The notes: generated from the letters alone by a model not told the origin. A stretch of DNA of 64,000 nucleotides from an uncultured Chloroflexia bacterium (GCA_963800795.1 CAWDCJ010000013.1:6916-70915); one strand, 5' to 3'. Positions 19,907-30,688 are shown, counted from the stretch's first letter. A program made the numbers and translations.

Positions 19907-21064
19907 TCAGAACATCAGGCCGGCCGGCAGGGGCTGGTGCCCATCCGGGCCGTTGAGGTGGTTCGCTCCCTGTCCCGGAACATCGGTTGCCCCGTATTGC
20001 CAGACGATCTTGTTCGTCGCGGGGTCCACGATCACCAGCCGGTGCCGGAAGTCGTCGTTGATGGAGATCGTGCCACCGGGGAGCGGGGTCGCCAGGCTGG
20101 GGTGGTCCAGACGGCCTGGGCCCGTGGTCGGCCCGTAGCGCCAGAGCAGCTTCCCGGCAGGGCTGACCTTGACCACGGAGCCGGGGTTGCTGTAGTCGGC
20201 CACGATCACGTTCCCGGCGCTGTCCAGCTGGGCGTCGGACGGGTAGTGGACTGGGACGTGGATGTCGAAGACGACGTGACCGTCGGCGGCCAGCCGCACC
20301 ACGCGAGATCCGGTGATCTCGGTTATGAGGAGGCCGCCATCCGGGAGCGGCGTGTCCCCGTTGGGACGACCGTATGTCGCCGGTGCGGAAGGAGTGCAGG
20401 CCCCGGTCCGGCCCCACTGCCGGACGACCTGCTTCGCCGGGCTGATCTCGAGCACCCGGCAGTTCTCGATGTCCGCCACCACGATGTTGCCATTCGCCAG
20501 CGGATAGGCGTCATCCGGGGTGTGGAGGAACCCGGTCCCCGAACCGGCCCGGTTGTAGTGGCCGTACTGCCAGGTGATCCGGCCCGTCGCGATATCGATG
20601 CGGTCGATCACCTGGTGGGTCTCGTCATTGGCCACGATCGTGCGCCCGTCGGGGGCGAGGAACGCGTCGTCCGCAGCGAATGCCTGGCCGGCCGGCACAG
20701 CCCCGGAAGAGGTCGGGAAACGCCACCAAATCTTGCCTGTCCGGTCGATCGCCAGGATTCGGCCGTTCCCGCGATCCGCGACGAGAAAGCCTCCGGGGAA
20801 TGCCCGCGTGGTTGAAGCCGCCGCCCCCGGCGAGCTCGCGACCGGGCTTGTCGAGCCGGTCGGCGATCCAGGACCGGTCGCCGAGGATCCGCCACCAGCG
20901 GCCCCGGCGAGCATCGCGCCTGCGGGCGCGGGCGACGGCGACAGGGCGTGGCCCGACGTACTGACTGTCGTCTGCCCGCACGCGGCGACGAGGCCGACGA
21001 CCACGGAGGCTGCGAGCAGGGCGGCGTGCCGGGAGTGGCGGGGCGGGGTACTTGGTTCGTCCAT
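19907..21064 (-). CDS. secreted beta-propeller lipoprotein
   Basis: Signal + lipobox (LLAASVVVGLVAAC); Ser/Pro/Gly linker. Repeated blade-like units (FLVADRGNGRILAID, IVANDETHQVIDRID, IVVADIENCRVLEI, LLITEITGSRVVRL, VIVADYSNPGSVVKV, ISINDDFRHRLVIVD). Confidence 0.7.
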   Translation of the reverse strand: MDEPSTPPRHSRHAALLAASVVVGLVAACGQTTVSTSGHALSPSPAPAGAMLAGAAGGGSSATGPGSPTGSTSPVASSPGAAASTTRAFPGGFLVADRGNGRILAIDRTGKIWWRFPTSSGAVPAGQAFAADDAFLAPDGRTIVANDETHQVIDRIDIATGRITWQYGHYNRAGSGTGFLHTPDDAYPLANGNIVVADIENCRVLEISPAKQVVRQWGRTGACTPSAPATYGRPNGDTPLPDGGLLITEITGSRVVRLAADGHVVFDIHVPVHYPSDAQLDSAGNVIVADYSNPGSVVKVSPAGKLLWRYGPTTGPGRLDHPSLATPLPGGTISINDDFRHRLVIVDPATNKIVWQYGATDVPGQGANHLNGPDGHQPLPAGLMF

Positions 21065-21157
21065 GTTGACGAACGCTACCGGCCCAACCGCTCGCGTGGG
21101 GCATTCGTTGCCGAACTGGCATCAAGTTCGCATGAGCCGACAACAAAGCCGCCGCCG

Positions 21158-21430
21158 TCACCCGGGCCGAGGAGCGGTCGCGCCCGCCAGGTACGCAAAT
21201 CGGTCGAGAGCGGGCTCGCGATCCCCCACCAGCGACTCTCCGCCGTCGACTTCCATGAGTGCCGCCCGAGCGATCGATATGTGGATGCCGGTCAGCCAGT
21301 TTCCGGTGTCGGCGATGAGGAAGCGGATCACCCAGCTCTGGTCATCGAAGAAGAAGTCCCGTACCGACCCGATCTCACCGTCAAGGCCGGCCAGCCCGTA
21401 GCCGGCAATCACACTGGCTTCCCACAACAT
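21158..21430 (-). CDS. PRC-barrel domain protein
   Basis: GYGLAGLDGEIGSVRDFFFDDQSWVIRFLIADTGNWL pattern. Confidence 0.65.
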   Translation of the reverse strand: MLWEASVIAGYGLAGLDGEIGSVRDFFFDDQSWVIRFLIADTGNWLTGIHISIARAALMEVDGGESLVGDREPALDRFAYLAGATAPRPG

Positions 21431-21454
21431 CGCCGCGCTCCTCTCAGCCGAAGC

Positions 21455-22297
21455 CTAGTCTGCCAGCCCTTCGCGAATGACTTCCAGCTCCTTCTGCCGT
21501 CGTGCGGTGACCTTCGGGTACTCCATGTGCAACTCGTTGAACGCGTCGAGGATGATCTGGGAGACGATCAGCCGGGCGGTGTCCTTGTCATCGGCTGGGA
21601 CGACGTACCAGGGCGCGTGCCGCGTGCTCGTCGCGCCCAGGCACGCCTCGTACGCGTCCATGTACGCCTTCCAATGGTTCCTCTCGAGGATGTCGGCCTG
21701 GCTGAACTTCCAGTTCTTGTCCGGCTCGTCGATGCGGGCCAGGAAGCGCTTCCGCTGTTCGTCCTTCGAGAGGTGGAGGAAGAACTTCAGGATTCGCGTG
21801 CCGTTCCGATGGAGATGCTCCTCGAGCTCCACGATGGAGCGATATCGATCCCTCCAGATGGTCTTCTCGTCGATCAGCTCGGGCGGGAGGTGCTCGGTCC
21901 GAAGGATGTCCGGATGCACCCGAACGACGAGCACCTCCTCGTAGTACGAACGGTTGAAGATCCCGATCCGCCCGCGCTCGGGAAGCCGGGTTGTCGTCCG
22001 CCAGAGAAAGTCATGCTGGAGTTCCTCGGCGCTCGGCTGTTTGAAGCTGAAGACCTCACAGCCTTCCGGATTGACTCCGGACATGACGTGCCGGATTGCG
22101 CCGTCCTTGCCGGCGCCGTCCATCCCCTGGAAGATCAGCAGCAAGGCATATCGGTCGGACGCGTAGTGGAGGCGCTGGAGCGAGCTCAGCTCGGCGACGT
22201 GGTCAGCCAACAGCTTCCGATAGTGCTTCTTCGACTTGGCGACTGGGTCGATGCTCGTCGGCCACCCACCGAGGTCGACCTGTTGGTCCGGAGGCAC
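21455..22297 (-). CDS. ppk2: polyphosphate kinase 2 family protein
   Basis: [15 protein letters not shown] (Walker A), [33 protein letters not shown] possible upstream MKIEFD start (22325) lies in another frame. Codon usage is visibly A/T-richer than in the neighbours. Confidence 0.9.
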   Translation of the reverse strand: MPPDQQVDLGGWPTSIDPVAKSKKHYRKLLADHVAELSSLQRLHYASDRYALLLIFQGMDGAGKDGAIRHVMSGVNPEGCEVFSFKQPSAEELQHDFLWRTTTRLPERGRIGIFNRSYYEEVLVVRVHPDILRTEHLPPELIDEKTIWRDRYRSIVELEEHLHRNGTRILKFFLHLSKDEQRKRFLARIDEPDKNWKFSQADILERNHWKAYMDAYEACLGATSTRHAPWYVVPADDKDTARLIVSQIILDAFNELHMEYPKVTARRQKELEVIREGLAD

Positions 22298-22720
22298 CCG
22301 GAAGTCCGTCGAATTCGATCTTCATCTCGATCCTTTCGGCAATGCCCAACGTGGCTGCATGGCGCCAGGTGCACGTCTCCCCTCGATCAGGTCATCGCTG
22401 CCACATGACCTGCGGAGCTTCCTGCGGAACGGCCAAGCCGTCGAGGTGCGGTATCACGCGCGCCGTGTACGCGCCCGGTGGGCGGCTCCAAGCCACGGCC
22501 GACTGATCGCCGACGGGGACAGTCTCATCCACAAATCACCGCTCTCGGTGCGGCTGGGAGGGAGTCCAAGCGGCACCGGGAGCAGCGCGGAGGGGAGTAT
22601 TCGACCTGAACGCCTAAATCCCGCGATCGATCGGGGGGTGTTGGCAATCTGCGCCGTGCGGACGCGAGCGTCATTACGGTCCGTCATGCGGCTCGGCAGG
22701 GCCCGATCCGCGGGGACCCG

Positions 22721-22846
22721 TCAGCCAGGCGGCGCGGCACCGACGGTCATCACGACGACGAGGAGGACCAGGAGGATCCCGAGGAGGAGGACCATCGTCT
22801 CGAGCTTGGCCCTTCCCCTTGCCCCGGCCTCGGCCTGGATGGCCAT
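22721..22846 (-). CDS. possible 41-aa single-TM peptide
   Basis: MAIQAEAGARGRAKLETMVLLLGILLVLLVVVMTVGAAPPG at the 3' end of track ORF 22721..23017. Supported only by the hydrophobic helix. Confidence 0.25.
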   Translation of the reverse strand: MAIQAEAGARGRAKLETMVLLLGILLVLLVVVMTVGAAPPG

Positions 22847-23080
22847 CCCGCCGCCTGGATTGTCAGCGCGGCGGGCTTCGACGGCGGTCACAGGCTCTCC
22901 CGGTTCTCGCGCAAGCGCTTCACGACCGACCCCCCGGGATCTCGATGCCGATCCGCTCTGGACGCAACGGACGGCAGTCTCGGGCCTCCAGGCGGCCGCG
23001 TCATTACGGCTCGTCATGCCGCGATCACGGGGATCCCCGCAGGACGCGTAGGCGCTGGCGGACCCTGCGAGAGCGGCCCC

Positions 23081-23260
23081 TCAGGCAGTGGGGCGCCGGC
23101 CCATGAGCGGCCTGTACACGACAACGACGACGATGCCCCAGGCCACGGCGACGACGATGCTCTCGACGTTGACGCCGGTCTCGTCGGCGACCTTGAGCAC
23201 CGTGCCGGCGAGGTAGCCCCCGACGACCGCACCCGCGACGCCCAGGATGACCGTCGCGAT
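23081..23260 (-). CDS. GlsB/YeaQ/YmgE-like transglycosylase-associated membrane protein (start unresolved, possibly truncated)
   Basis: Own translation: ..GVIATVILGVAGAVVGGYLAGTVLKVADETGVNVESIVVAVAWGIVVVVVYRPLMGRRPTA* (stop 23081-23083). No canonical start codon in frame. Not in the ORF track. Confidence 0.4.
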   Translation of the reverse strand: MATVILGVAGAVVGGYLAGTVLKVADETGVNVESIVVAVAWGIVVVVVYRPLMGRRPTA

Positions 23261-23284
23261 AACGCCCCGCGCCGGCTCCGGCCG

Positions 23285-24067
23285 TCAGCGGATCGGCTCG
23301 CCCCCGTCGCTCGCGCTCGGCCCGCCCCAGCCGGTGTTGGAGAAGGTGGGGATGAAGCGGTAGCCCTGGCCGGGGATCGTGGCGATGAAGCGGGGGTGGC
23401 GGTAGTCGTTCTGGAGCTTGATGCGCAGGCTCCGGATGTGGCGGTCGACGATGTTGCTCTCGGCCACGAAGTCGGTGCCCCAGATGGCGTCGAGGATGTC
23501 CTCGCGGCTCACGACCCGCCCGCCCCGGCTCGCGAGCAGGTAGAGCAGGCTCTGCTCGATGCCCGAGAGGTGGACGACCGAGTCGCCCGCCCGGACCTGC
23601 CGGTTGAGGATGTCGATCTCCATCTCGCCGAGCCGGATCGCGGGGATGAGCGGGCGGTCGGTCCCCGACGCCCGCCGGGTGATCACGATCGAGCGGGCCA
23701 GCAGCTCCTCGGGCGAGAAGGGCATCGTCAGGATGTCGTCCACCCCGAGGTCGAACGCCGCGAGCTTGGTGCGCAGGTCGCCCCGCCGGGTCAGGCCCAG
23801 GACGGGGGTGGGAACCCGGGTCAGGCCGTTCGAGGCCCCGATCCGGCCGAGCAGGGCGGTGCTGTCGTCGTGGTCCATGTCGATCACCGCGAGGTGGGGG
23901 GACCAGTCGCGCAGGATCGCCTCCGCCCCCGCGAGGGTGCTCGCGGCCCGGACGGCGAAGACGCCGTGGTTGAGCGTCAGGGTGATGAGGTCCACCACCA
24001 GCGGGCGGTCGTGGAGCACGAGCGCGCGGCGGGCTTCGATCATAGGAGACTCAATGGTGCCGTCCAT
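23285..24067 (-). CDS. OmpR/PhoB-family response regulator with atypical receiver domain
   Basis: Winged-helix output (LSGIEQSLLYLL..SREDILDAIWG..VDRHIRSLRIKL..IATIPGQGYRF). The receiver keeps the phospho-Asp (LAVIDMD) and Thr (LGLTRRGD) but has LHDRP in place of the DD pocket and LTMPF in place of the K-P-F Lys. Confidence 0.85.
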   Translation of the reverse strand: MDGTIESPMIEARRALVLHDRPLVVDLITLTLNHGVFAVRAASTLAGAEAILRDWSPHLAVIDMDHDDSTALLGRIGASNGLTRVPTPVLGLTRRGDLRTKLAAFDLGVDDILTMPFSPEELLARSIVITRRASGTDRPLIPAIRLGEMEIDILNRQVRAGDSVVHLSGIEQSLLYLLASRGGRVVSREDILDAIWGTDFVAESNIVDRHIRSLRIKLQNDYRHPRFIATIPGQGYRFIPTFSNTGWGGPSASDGGEPIR

Positions 24068-24173
24068 CGCGATTTACCCTCGGGTGCGCCTCGCAGTCCG
24101 AAGAGCATTCCACTGCTCGATGGCCGGATGAGGGGCCCCGCGCGGTGCCGGCCTCGCTGCCGCCGCGCTTCCG

Positions 24174-26158
24174 TCAGACGGCTTCTTCGAGCGCCTCGAC
24201 GAACTGGCTGTTGTACAGGTCGGCGTAGAAGCCGTTCCGCGCCAGCAGGTCCTTGTGGGTGCCCTGCTCGATGATCCGGCCGTGGTTCATGACGAGGATC
24301 GTGTCGGCGTCGCGGATGGTCGAGAGGCGATGGGCGATCACGAAGCTCGTGCGTCCCTTCATCAGCCTGGCCATCGCCCGCTGGATCAGGACCTCGGTCC
24401 GCGTGTCCACGGAGCTCGTCGCCTCGTCGAGGATCAGGATCCGCGGGTCGGCGAGGAACGCGCGGGCGATCGTGAGGAGCTGCTTCTCGCCGGCGGAGAC
24501 GCTCGTCGCGTCGTCGTCGAGGATGGTGTCGTAGCCGCCCGGCAGCGTCCGCACGAAGTGGTCGACGTGGGCGGCCTCGGCGGCCTGCTGGATCTCCTCC
24601 TCGGTCGCGTCCAGGCGCCCGTAGGCGATGTTCTCCCGGATCGTGCCGTTGAAGAGCCAGGCGTCCTGGAGGACCATCCCGAACGTCCGTCGAAGGTCGT
24701 CGCGGGTCATGTCCTTGACGTCGACCCCGTCCACGGTGATCCGCCCCGAGTCGATCTCGTAGAAGCGCATGAGCAGGTTCACGACCGTCGTCTTGCCGGC
24801 CCCGGTCGGGCCGACGATCGCGATCGTGTGGCCCTCGTCCGCCACCAGGTTCAGGTCCTCGATGAGCGGGACGTCGGGCAGGTAGCGGAACGAGACGTCG
24901 TCGAGCACGACCCGGCCCGCTGCCTCGTGCGACGGCCGGGCCGTGGCGGCGTCGGGGGCCTCCTCGGCCTCGTCGAGGAGCTCGAAGACGCGCTCGGCGG
25001 AGGCGACCGCCGACTGCAGCACGTTGATGATGCTGGCCGTCTGGACGATCGGCATGGTGAACTGGCGCGAGTACTGGATGAAGGCCTGGACGTCGCCGAG
25101 GGACATCGTCCCCGACGCGACCCGCACGCCGCCGATGACGCAGATCGCGACGTAGTTCAGGTTCGAGATGATGTTCATCGCCGGCTGGATGGTTCCGGAG
25201 ATGAACTGGGCCTTGTAGGACGCCTGGAAGAGGGCCTCGTTCTCCACCTCGAACTTGTCGATCGCCTCCTGCTGGCGTCCGAACGCCTTGACGATGGCAT
25301 GGCCGGTGTGCATCTCCTCGACGTGGCCGTTGAGCGTGCCCGTCCGCTCCCACTGCCTGGCGAACTGCTTCTGGGACCGGCTCGCGATCAGGATGGTCAC
25401 GACCAGCGCGGCGGGCACGACGAGCAGGGAGATCACCGCCAGGAGCGGGCTGATCGAGAACATCATGATCAGCACGCCGATGACCGTGAACACCGAGGTG
25501 ATGAGCTGGGTGAGGCTCTGCTGGAGCGTCTGGGCGATGTTGTCGATGTCGTTGGTGACGCGGCTCAGGATGTCGCCGCGCGACTCGCGGTCGAAGTAGG
25601 ACAGCGGCACGCGGCCCAGCTTCTCGTCGACGCGCCGGCGCAGGCGATAGACGGTGCGCTGGGTCACGCCCGCCATCAGGTAGGCCTGGCCCCAGGAGAA
25701 GCATCGAGCTGACGGCGTAGATGCCGGCCACCAGCAGCAGGACCCCGCCGAGGGCGCCGAAGTCCACGCCCTGCCGGGCGTCACGTTCATGCTGGCCAGC
25801 ATGTCGGCGAGGTTCGGCTGGCTCGCCGCGCGGAGGCCGGCAACGGCCTGCGCCTTGGTCACACCGGCAGGTAGCTGCTTGCCGATCACGCCGTCGAACA
25901 GGAGGTTGGTGGCGTTGCCCAGGATCTTGGGACCAAGGATGGCGAGCACCACGCTGACGATCGCGAGGAGCATCACCGCGATGACGACCCGGCGCTCCGG
26001 CCGGAGCTCGCCGATCAGGCGCCGGAAGGAGCCCCGGAAGTTCTTCGGCTTCGCCACCGGCATGGCGGCGAAGCCCATCGGCCCGCCACGGCCGGGGCCG
26101 CCGCCGCGCGCATCGGGGGCCGGCCGCCACCCGGACCACCCGTGTGCGGCCCGCTCAC
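24174..26158 (-). CDS. ABC exporter, fused permease/ATPase (frame breaks near 26090 and a compensated pair near 25700-25790)
   Basis: Six-TM domain, then GPTGAGKTT (Walker A), VSAGEKQLLTIARA (signature), ILILDEATSSVD (Walker B). GTG start 26158 overlaps the stop of the upstream exporter gene (GTGA). Confidence 0.85.
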
Positions 26159-27884
26159 GCGACCTCCTCCTCGGAGAGCTGCGAGTAGACGATCTCGCGG
26201 TAGGTCTCGCAGGTCTGCATGAGCTCGTCGTGGGTGCCGATGCCGACCACGCTCCCGGCGTCGAGGACCACGATCCGATCGGCGTGCAGGATCGTCCCGA
26301 CCCGCTGGGCGACGATGAGGACCGTGGCGTCGGCGAGGTTCTCGATCAGCGCCGCGCGGAGGCGGGCGTCCGTCCGGAAGTCGAGCGCGGAGAAGCTGTC
26401 GTCGAAGACGTAGACGTCGGGCTTCTTCACCAGGGCCCGGGCGATCGAGAGGCGCTGGCGCTGGCCGCCGGAGACGTTGGTGCCCCCCTGGGTGATCGGG
26501 GCCTCGAGTCCCCCTTCCATCTCCTGGACGAAGTCCCGGCCCTGGGCAATCTCCAGGGCGCGCCAGAGGTCCGCCTCCGAGGCGCTCTCGTCGCCGTAGC
26601 GAAGGTTGCTGGCGACCGTGCCGCTGAACAGGAATGCCTTCTGGGGGATCAGCCCGATCCGGCTCCAGAGGTCGGCGCGGTCCATCTCGCGCACGTCGAC
26701 CCCGTCGACGAGCACCGACCCGCCGCTCACGTCGTAGAAGCGCGGCAGGAGGTTCACGAGGGTGGACTTGCCGCTGCCGGTGCTGCCCACGATCGCCGTG
26801 GTCTCGCCCGGACCCGCCACGAACGAGATCCTGCGCAGGACCGGCTCCTCCGCGCCCGGGTAGCGGAACTCGACGTCCCGGAACTCGACGTGGCCGCTGC
26901 GCGGTGGCTGCACCGGGTCGGCCGGATCGTGGATGGATGGCTCCGTGTCCAGCACCTGCGCGGATCCGGTCGCTCGACACCGCGGCGCGCGGCACGATCA
27001 CGAACATGAAGGTCGCCATCATGATCGCGAACAGGATCTGGATGATGTACTGGAGGAACGCGGTCAGGTTGCCGATCGGCATCTGGCCGCTGTCGACCCG
27101 GATGCTGCCGAACCAGAGCACGGCCACGGTGGACAGGTTCATGATTGCCATGAGGGTCGGCATCATCAGGGCGAAGAGCCTGTTGACCCCGAGGGCGGTC
27201 TCGAACAGGTCCTCGTTCGCCTCGTCGAAGCGTCGCTCCTCGTAGTCCGTCCGCACGAATGCCCGGATCACGCGGACGCCGGACAGCGTCTCGCGCATCA
27301 CCTGGTTGATCCGGTCGATCTTGATCTGCATCGCCCGGAAGAGCGGCATGGCGCGGCGGACCAGGGTGCCGATGATCAGCGCCATCAGCGGCACGATCAC
27401 CAGCAGGATCGACGTGAGGGGGACGTCCTGGCGCAGGGCCATGATCACGCCGCCGACCAGCATGATCGGCGCCGACACCATCACGGTGAGACCGATGAGA
27501 ACGACCGTCTGGACCTGCTGGACGTCGTTCGTGTTGCGGGTGATCAGCGAGGCCGCTCCGAAGTGGTTCACCTCGACCTGCGAGAACGCCTGCACCTGCC
27601 CGAAGATGGCGGCGCGGAGATCGCGCCCGAAGGCCATCGACACCTTGGCGCGCCCAGTAGACGGCGATGATCGAGGCGACCCCCAGGGCGGCCGTCACGG
27701 CGAGCATCAGGCCGCCGATCCGCATGATGTAGTCCGTGTCCCCCTTCGCGACGCCGTTGTTGATGATGTCGGCGTACAGCTCCGGCAGGTACAGGTTGGC
27801 CAGCGACTGCACGAGCAGCAACGAGACCACGAGGACGAGCGCCCGCCGGTAGGGGCGCAGGAAGTTGACCAGGAGTCCCGTCAT
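26155..27884 (-). CDS. ABC exporter, fused permease/ATPase (frame breaks near 27650 and 26960)
   Basis: N-terminus MTGLLVNFLRPYRR.. (27884), TM core in track ORF 26015..27643, ATPase in 26155..26955 (GSTGSGKST, VSGGQRQRLSIARA, VYVFDDSFSALD). Confidence 0.85.
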
Positions 27885-28327
27885 CGGGCTGTCTCCGCCG
27901 CCCGATCCGCGATCAGGCAGACCAGCCGATGGAAGTCCGCCAGCTCGCCCGGCGTGAGCACGTCAAGGGCGCGCCGGGCCATCTCGAGGCGCTGTCCCGA
28001 CATCTCGTCGATGAGGCTGCGGCCGGCGTCCGCCAGCGCGCAGTCCACGATCCGCCGATCATCGGTGCGGTGCTGGCGAACGACAAGGCCATGCCGCTCC
28101 AGGCGCTCCACGATGCCCGATGCAGAGGCCACTGACACGCCGAGGATCTCGGCGAGCCGGCCCATCGGGAGCGGCGCCTCATGCGCGATGAGGAAGAGGG
28201 TCCGCACCTGCGCGAGCGTAAGGTCCTGCGCGAGCCAGCCGGGGAGCCCCGGCCCGCCTTGGAGACCCGGCCCGCCGGGGAGACCCGGCCCGCCGGGGAG
28301 GTGAAACGCGCGCGCCATGTCGGACAT
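27881..28327 (-). CDS. MarR family transcriptional regulator with internal PGGPGL repeat
   Basis: wHTH core LAQVRTLFLIAHEAPLPMGRLAEILGVSVASASGIVERLERHGLVVRQHRTDDRR. Start taken at MSDMARAF. Stop overlaps the exporter start (ATGA). Confidence 0.8.
   Translation of the reverse strand: MSDMARAFHLPGGPGLPGGPGLQGGPGLPGWLAQDLTLAQVRTLFLIAHEAPLPMGRLAEILGVSVASASGIVERLERHGLVVRQHRTDDRRIVDCALADAGRSLIDEMSGQRLEMARRALDVLTPGELADFHRLVCLIADRAAETAR
28241..28300. repeat. 18-nt tandem repeat, about 3.2 copies, in frame inside the marR-like gene
   Basis: GGAGCCCCGGCCCGCCTT / GGAGACCCGGCCCGCCGG / GGAGACCCGGCCCGCCGG / GGAG. Encodes LPGGPGLPGGPGLQGGPGLPG on the minus strand. Confidence 0.85.
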
Positions 28328-28502
28328 GACGGCGGCCGTGAGATCGGGGGAAACGGAGGCTGGTGGCATTCGCGGATAGTACGGCTGCACCTAAAGTATT
28401 GTCAACAGGCCAAACGATCCATGGCAATGTGAGTGATTCTTCACGGGTACGGCCGGGATCCCGGGTGCCGTGGTCGGCGCGGGACCGGTACGATGGCCGC
28501 CG

Positions 28503-29402
28503 ATGAGCGCTGGATCGGCCGCGTGGGCACGCCTGTTGAAGCGCGCTGTCCCCGGCCCACCGCGCTCACACCTCGCGTCGCCCGCGTGGCGCGACGTCGA
28601 GCCCCGGTCGCTCGCTCCGGTCGTGCTCATGGCCGGCGGCTTCCTGACGATGCCAGGCGGGTACGACAGCCTGGCTGCCATCCTGCGCGCCCGCGGGGCA
28701 GCCGACATCGTCGTCGCACCGGTGTACCCGCCCGACTGGATCCTCGCCGCGGCGCGCGGCCTGGGCCCGATCACGAACCGCGTGGGCCGGGCGTTGCTGG
28801 AGGCCGGTTCCCGATCGGCGGGATCGCCGGCATCCCGGGGAGCCCCGGTGCTCTACGTCGGCCATAGCGCGGGCGGCCTGATCGGCCGGCTGCTCACCTC
28901 AGCGGTCCCGTTCGAGGGACGGGCCATGCGCGCGGCCGGCCGGATCGGCGCGCTCGTCACGCTCGGAACGCCGAACGTGGCGAGCCCGGGGGCCGCCGAC
29001 GCTGGCCGCTGGGGCCGGCGCGTCGGGGAGGCCGGCGCGCACTTCGCCCAGCGCCACGTTCCGGGCGCGACGTGGGCGCCGACGACCGGGTATGTCAGCG
29101 TGGCATCGCGGTGCCTCGTCGGCCGGCTCGACGCCCGGGACGCCGGCGAGCGGTTCATCCGACGCCTGTACGAGGATGTCCACCCGCAGCCGGACCTCGA
29201 TTCGGTCGAGGGCGACGGGCTCGTCCCGGTCGCGGCGGCGCTGCTGCCGGGCTCACGCCAGGTCGTCCTGGCGGACGCGGTCCACGGTCCGAGCCGGCGT
29301 GCCACCTGGTACGGCAGCAGCGTCAGCGTCGATGTCTGGTGGCCCGTCGCGCTGGACGCCTGGCGCGAGGCCCTGCGGGCCCGCCAGTCCGACGCCGCAT
29401 GA
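28503..29402 (+). CDS. alpha/beta hydrolase (lipase/esterase-like)
   Basis: Nucleophile elbow VGHSAGG, LVTLGTPN, GDGLVP. Start ATG 28503 inside track ORF 28470..29402. Confidence 0.65.
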   Translation: MSAGSAAWARLLKRAVPGPPRSHLASPAWRDVEPRSLAPVVLMAGGFLTMPGGYDSLAAILRARGAADIVVAPVYPPDWILAAARGLGPITNRVGRALLEAGSRSAGSPASRGAPVLYVGHSAGGLIGRLLTSAVPFEGRAMRAAGRIGALVTLGTPNVASPGAADAGRWGRRVGEAGAHFAQRHVPGATWAPTTGYVSVASRCLVGRLDARDAGERFIRRLYEDVHPQPDLDSVEGDGLVPVAAALLPGSRQVVLADAVHGPSRRATWYGSSVSVDVWWPVALDAWREALRARQSDAA

Positions 29403-30604
29403 CTGCCGGGCAGGGACCCGGGCGTCGCTCCGACGGCGTGACCACGCTGGGATATGCGAGCTTCATCCTCATCGGCTGGAGCGCGCTCCTCGTCCCGGCG
29501 CTCGTGCCCGCGATCGAGCGCGATTTCACCCAGTCCGATGCCGGCGTGGGCGTCCTCTACCTCGCATCGTCGCTCCTGTTCGTGCTCGGGTCGCTCGCCA
29601 GCGGGTACCTCATGGAGCGGCTCGGACGAGGCCTCGTCCTGCCGGCCGCGGTCCTCGCCCTGGGGGTGGGGCTCGGCGTGGAGTGCCTCGCGCCCAGCTG
29701 GGTGCTTTTCGTCCTCGGAGCCGGCATCAGCGGACTGGGGTCCGGGTCGGTCGAGGTCGGGGTGAACGGCCTGTTTCTCGACCGCTTTCACGAGGATCGC
29801 GGCCGTGCCATGAACCGTCTTCACCTCTGCTACAGCGTCGGGGCCCTGGCCGCGCCGCTGGCGGTGGGTGCGCTCGTGGAGGTGGGCGTTGCGTGGCGCG
29901 TGCCGTTCGCGGTGACCAGCGCCCTCGTGGTCGCCGTCGCCCTGCGGCTTGTCACCCGCGATCTCGGCACCCCCGGCGTCGCGTTGAGCGGCCCCTCGCT
30001 GCGCGGCCTGGGAGCCCGGCGCGTGCCGCTCCCCCTGGTCTTGCTGGCCCTGGCGATCGCCTGCTACGTTGCCTCCGAGAACGGCGTGTCCAGCTGGCTC
30101 GTTCGCTTCCTCAAGGATGCGCCCGTCGGCGTGTCGACGGCCGCCCTCTCCGTCTTCTGGGCAGGCCTCACGGGTGGAAGGATTGTCGCCAGTCGGTTTG
30201 CCGGCCGGTTCGCCCCGATCGCGGTCGCGACAGCCTGCGTGTTCGCGGCCGGGGTCGCCATCGTGACTGCTGTGGCGGTCCCGTGGGTCGGGGCATCAAT
30301 CGCCCTGTTCGGCGCCGCGGGATTCGCCTGCGGCCCGGTCTACCCGATGATCATGGCCTCGGCGGGCGGGCTCTACCCGGCGCGATCGAACGCGGTGAGC
30401 GGGATCCTCACCGCCGCGGCCGTGACCGGGTCGGTCGTCTACCCGCCCGTGATGGGATTCGTCTCGAACGGCGTCGGGCTCGGCGCCGGGATGGCCGGCG
30501 CAGGGCTGATCGCGTTCGCCTGCGCCGCCGCCCTGCTCGCGCTTCGCACGCTCGCACACGGATCCGGTACGCCGGCTGGCGCGCCGGCTCCGCATCGCGC
30601 GTAG
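29398..30604 (+). CDS. MFS transporter
   Basis: About 12 predicted TM helices. ATGA overlap with the preceding stop. Real part of track ORF 29072..30604 starts at MTAGQGPG. Confidence 0.75.
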
Positions 30605-30630
30605 GCATCGCCAGCGCCGACGCGATCCCC

Positions 30631-30659
30631 TTGACAGGGGCCGGGCGGCGGGGTAGCGT
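30631..30659 (+). promoter_or_regulatory. candidate sigma-70-type promoter upstream of the SorC regulator / microcompartment operon
   Basis: TTGACA (30631-30636), 17-nt spacer, TAGCGT (30654-30659). Lies 30 nt before the TTG start at 30689. Confidence 0.4.
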
Positions 30660-30688
30660 TGTCAACACATGAGCAATAGGCTGCACAT

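Noticed and set aside
22560-22640. GGAGGGGAGTATTCGACC on the plus strand, resembling the GGGGAGUAG loop of the yybP-ykoY manganese riboswitch
   Set aside because: Only one short conserved segment matches. The second conserved loop and four-way junction are not evident, and no plus-strand gene follows it.
19585-23280. Genomic island integrated at tRNA-Lys
   Set aside because: There is a duplicated tRNA 3' end and a locally lower-GC ppk2 patch. But no integrase, excisionase, distal att copy or mobile-element genes are present, so it is not called a mobile element.
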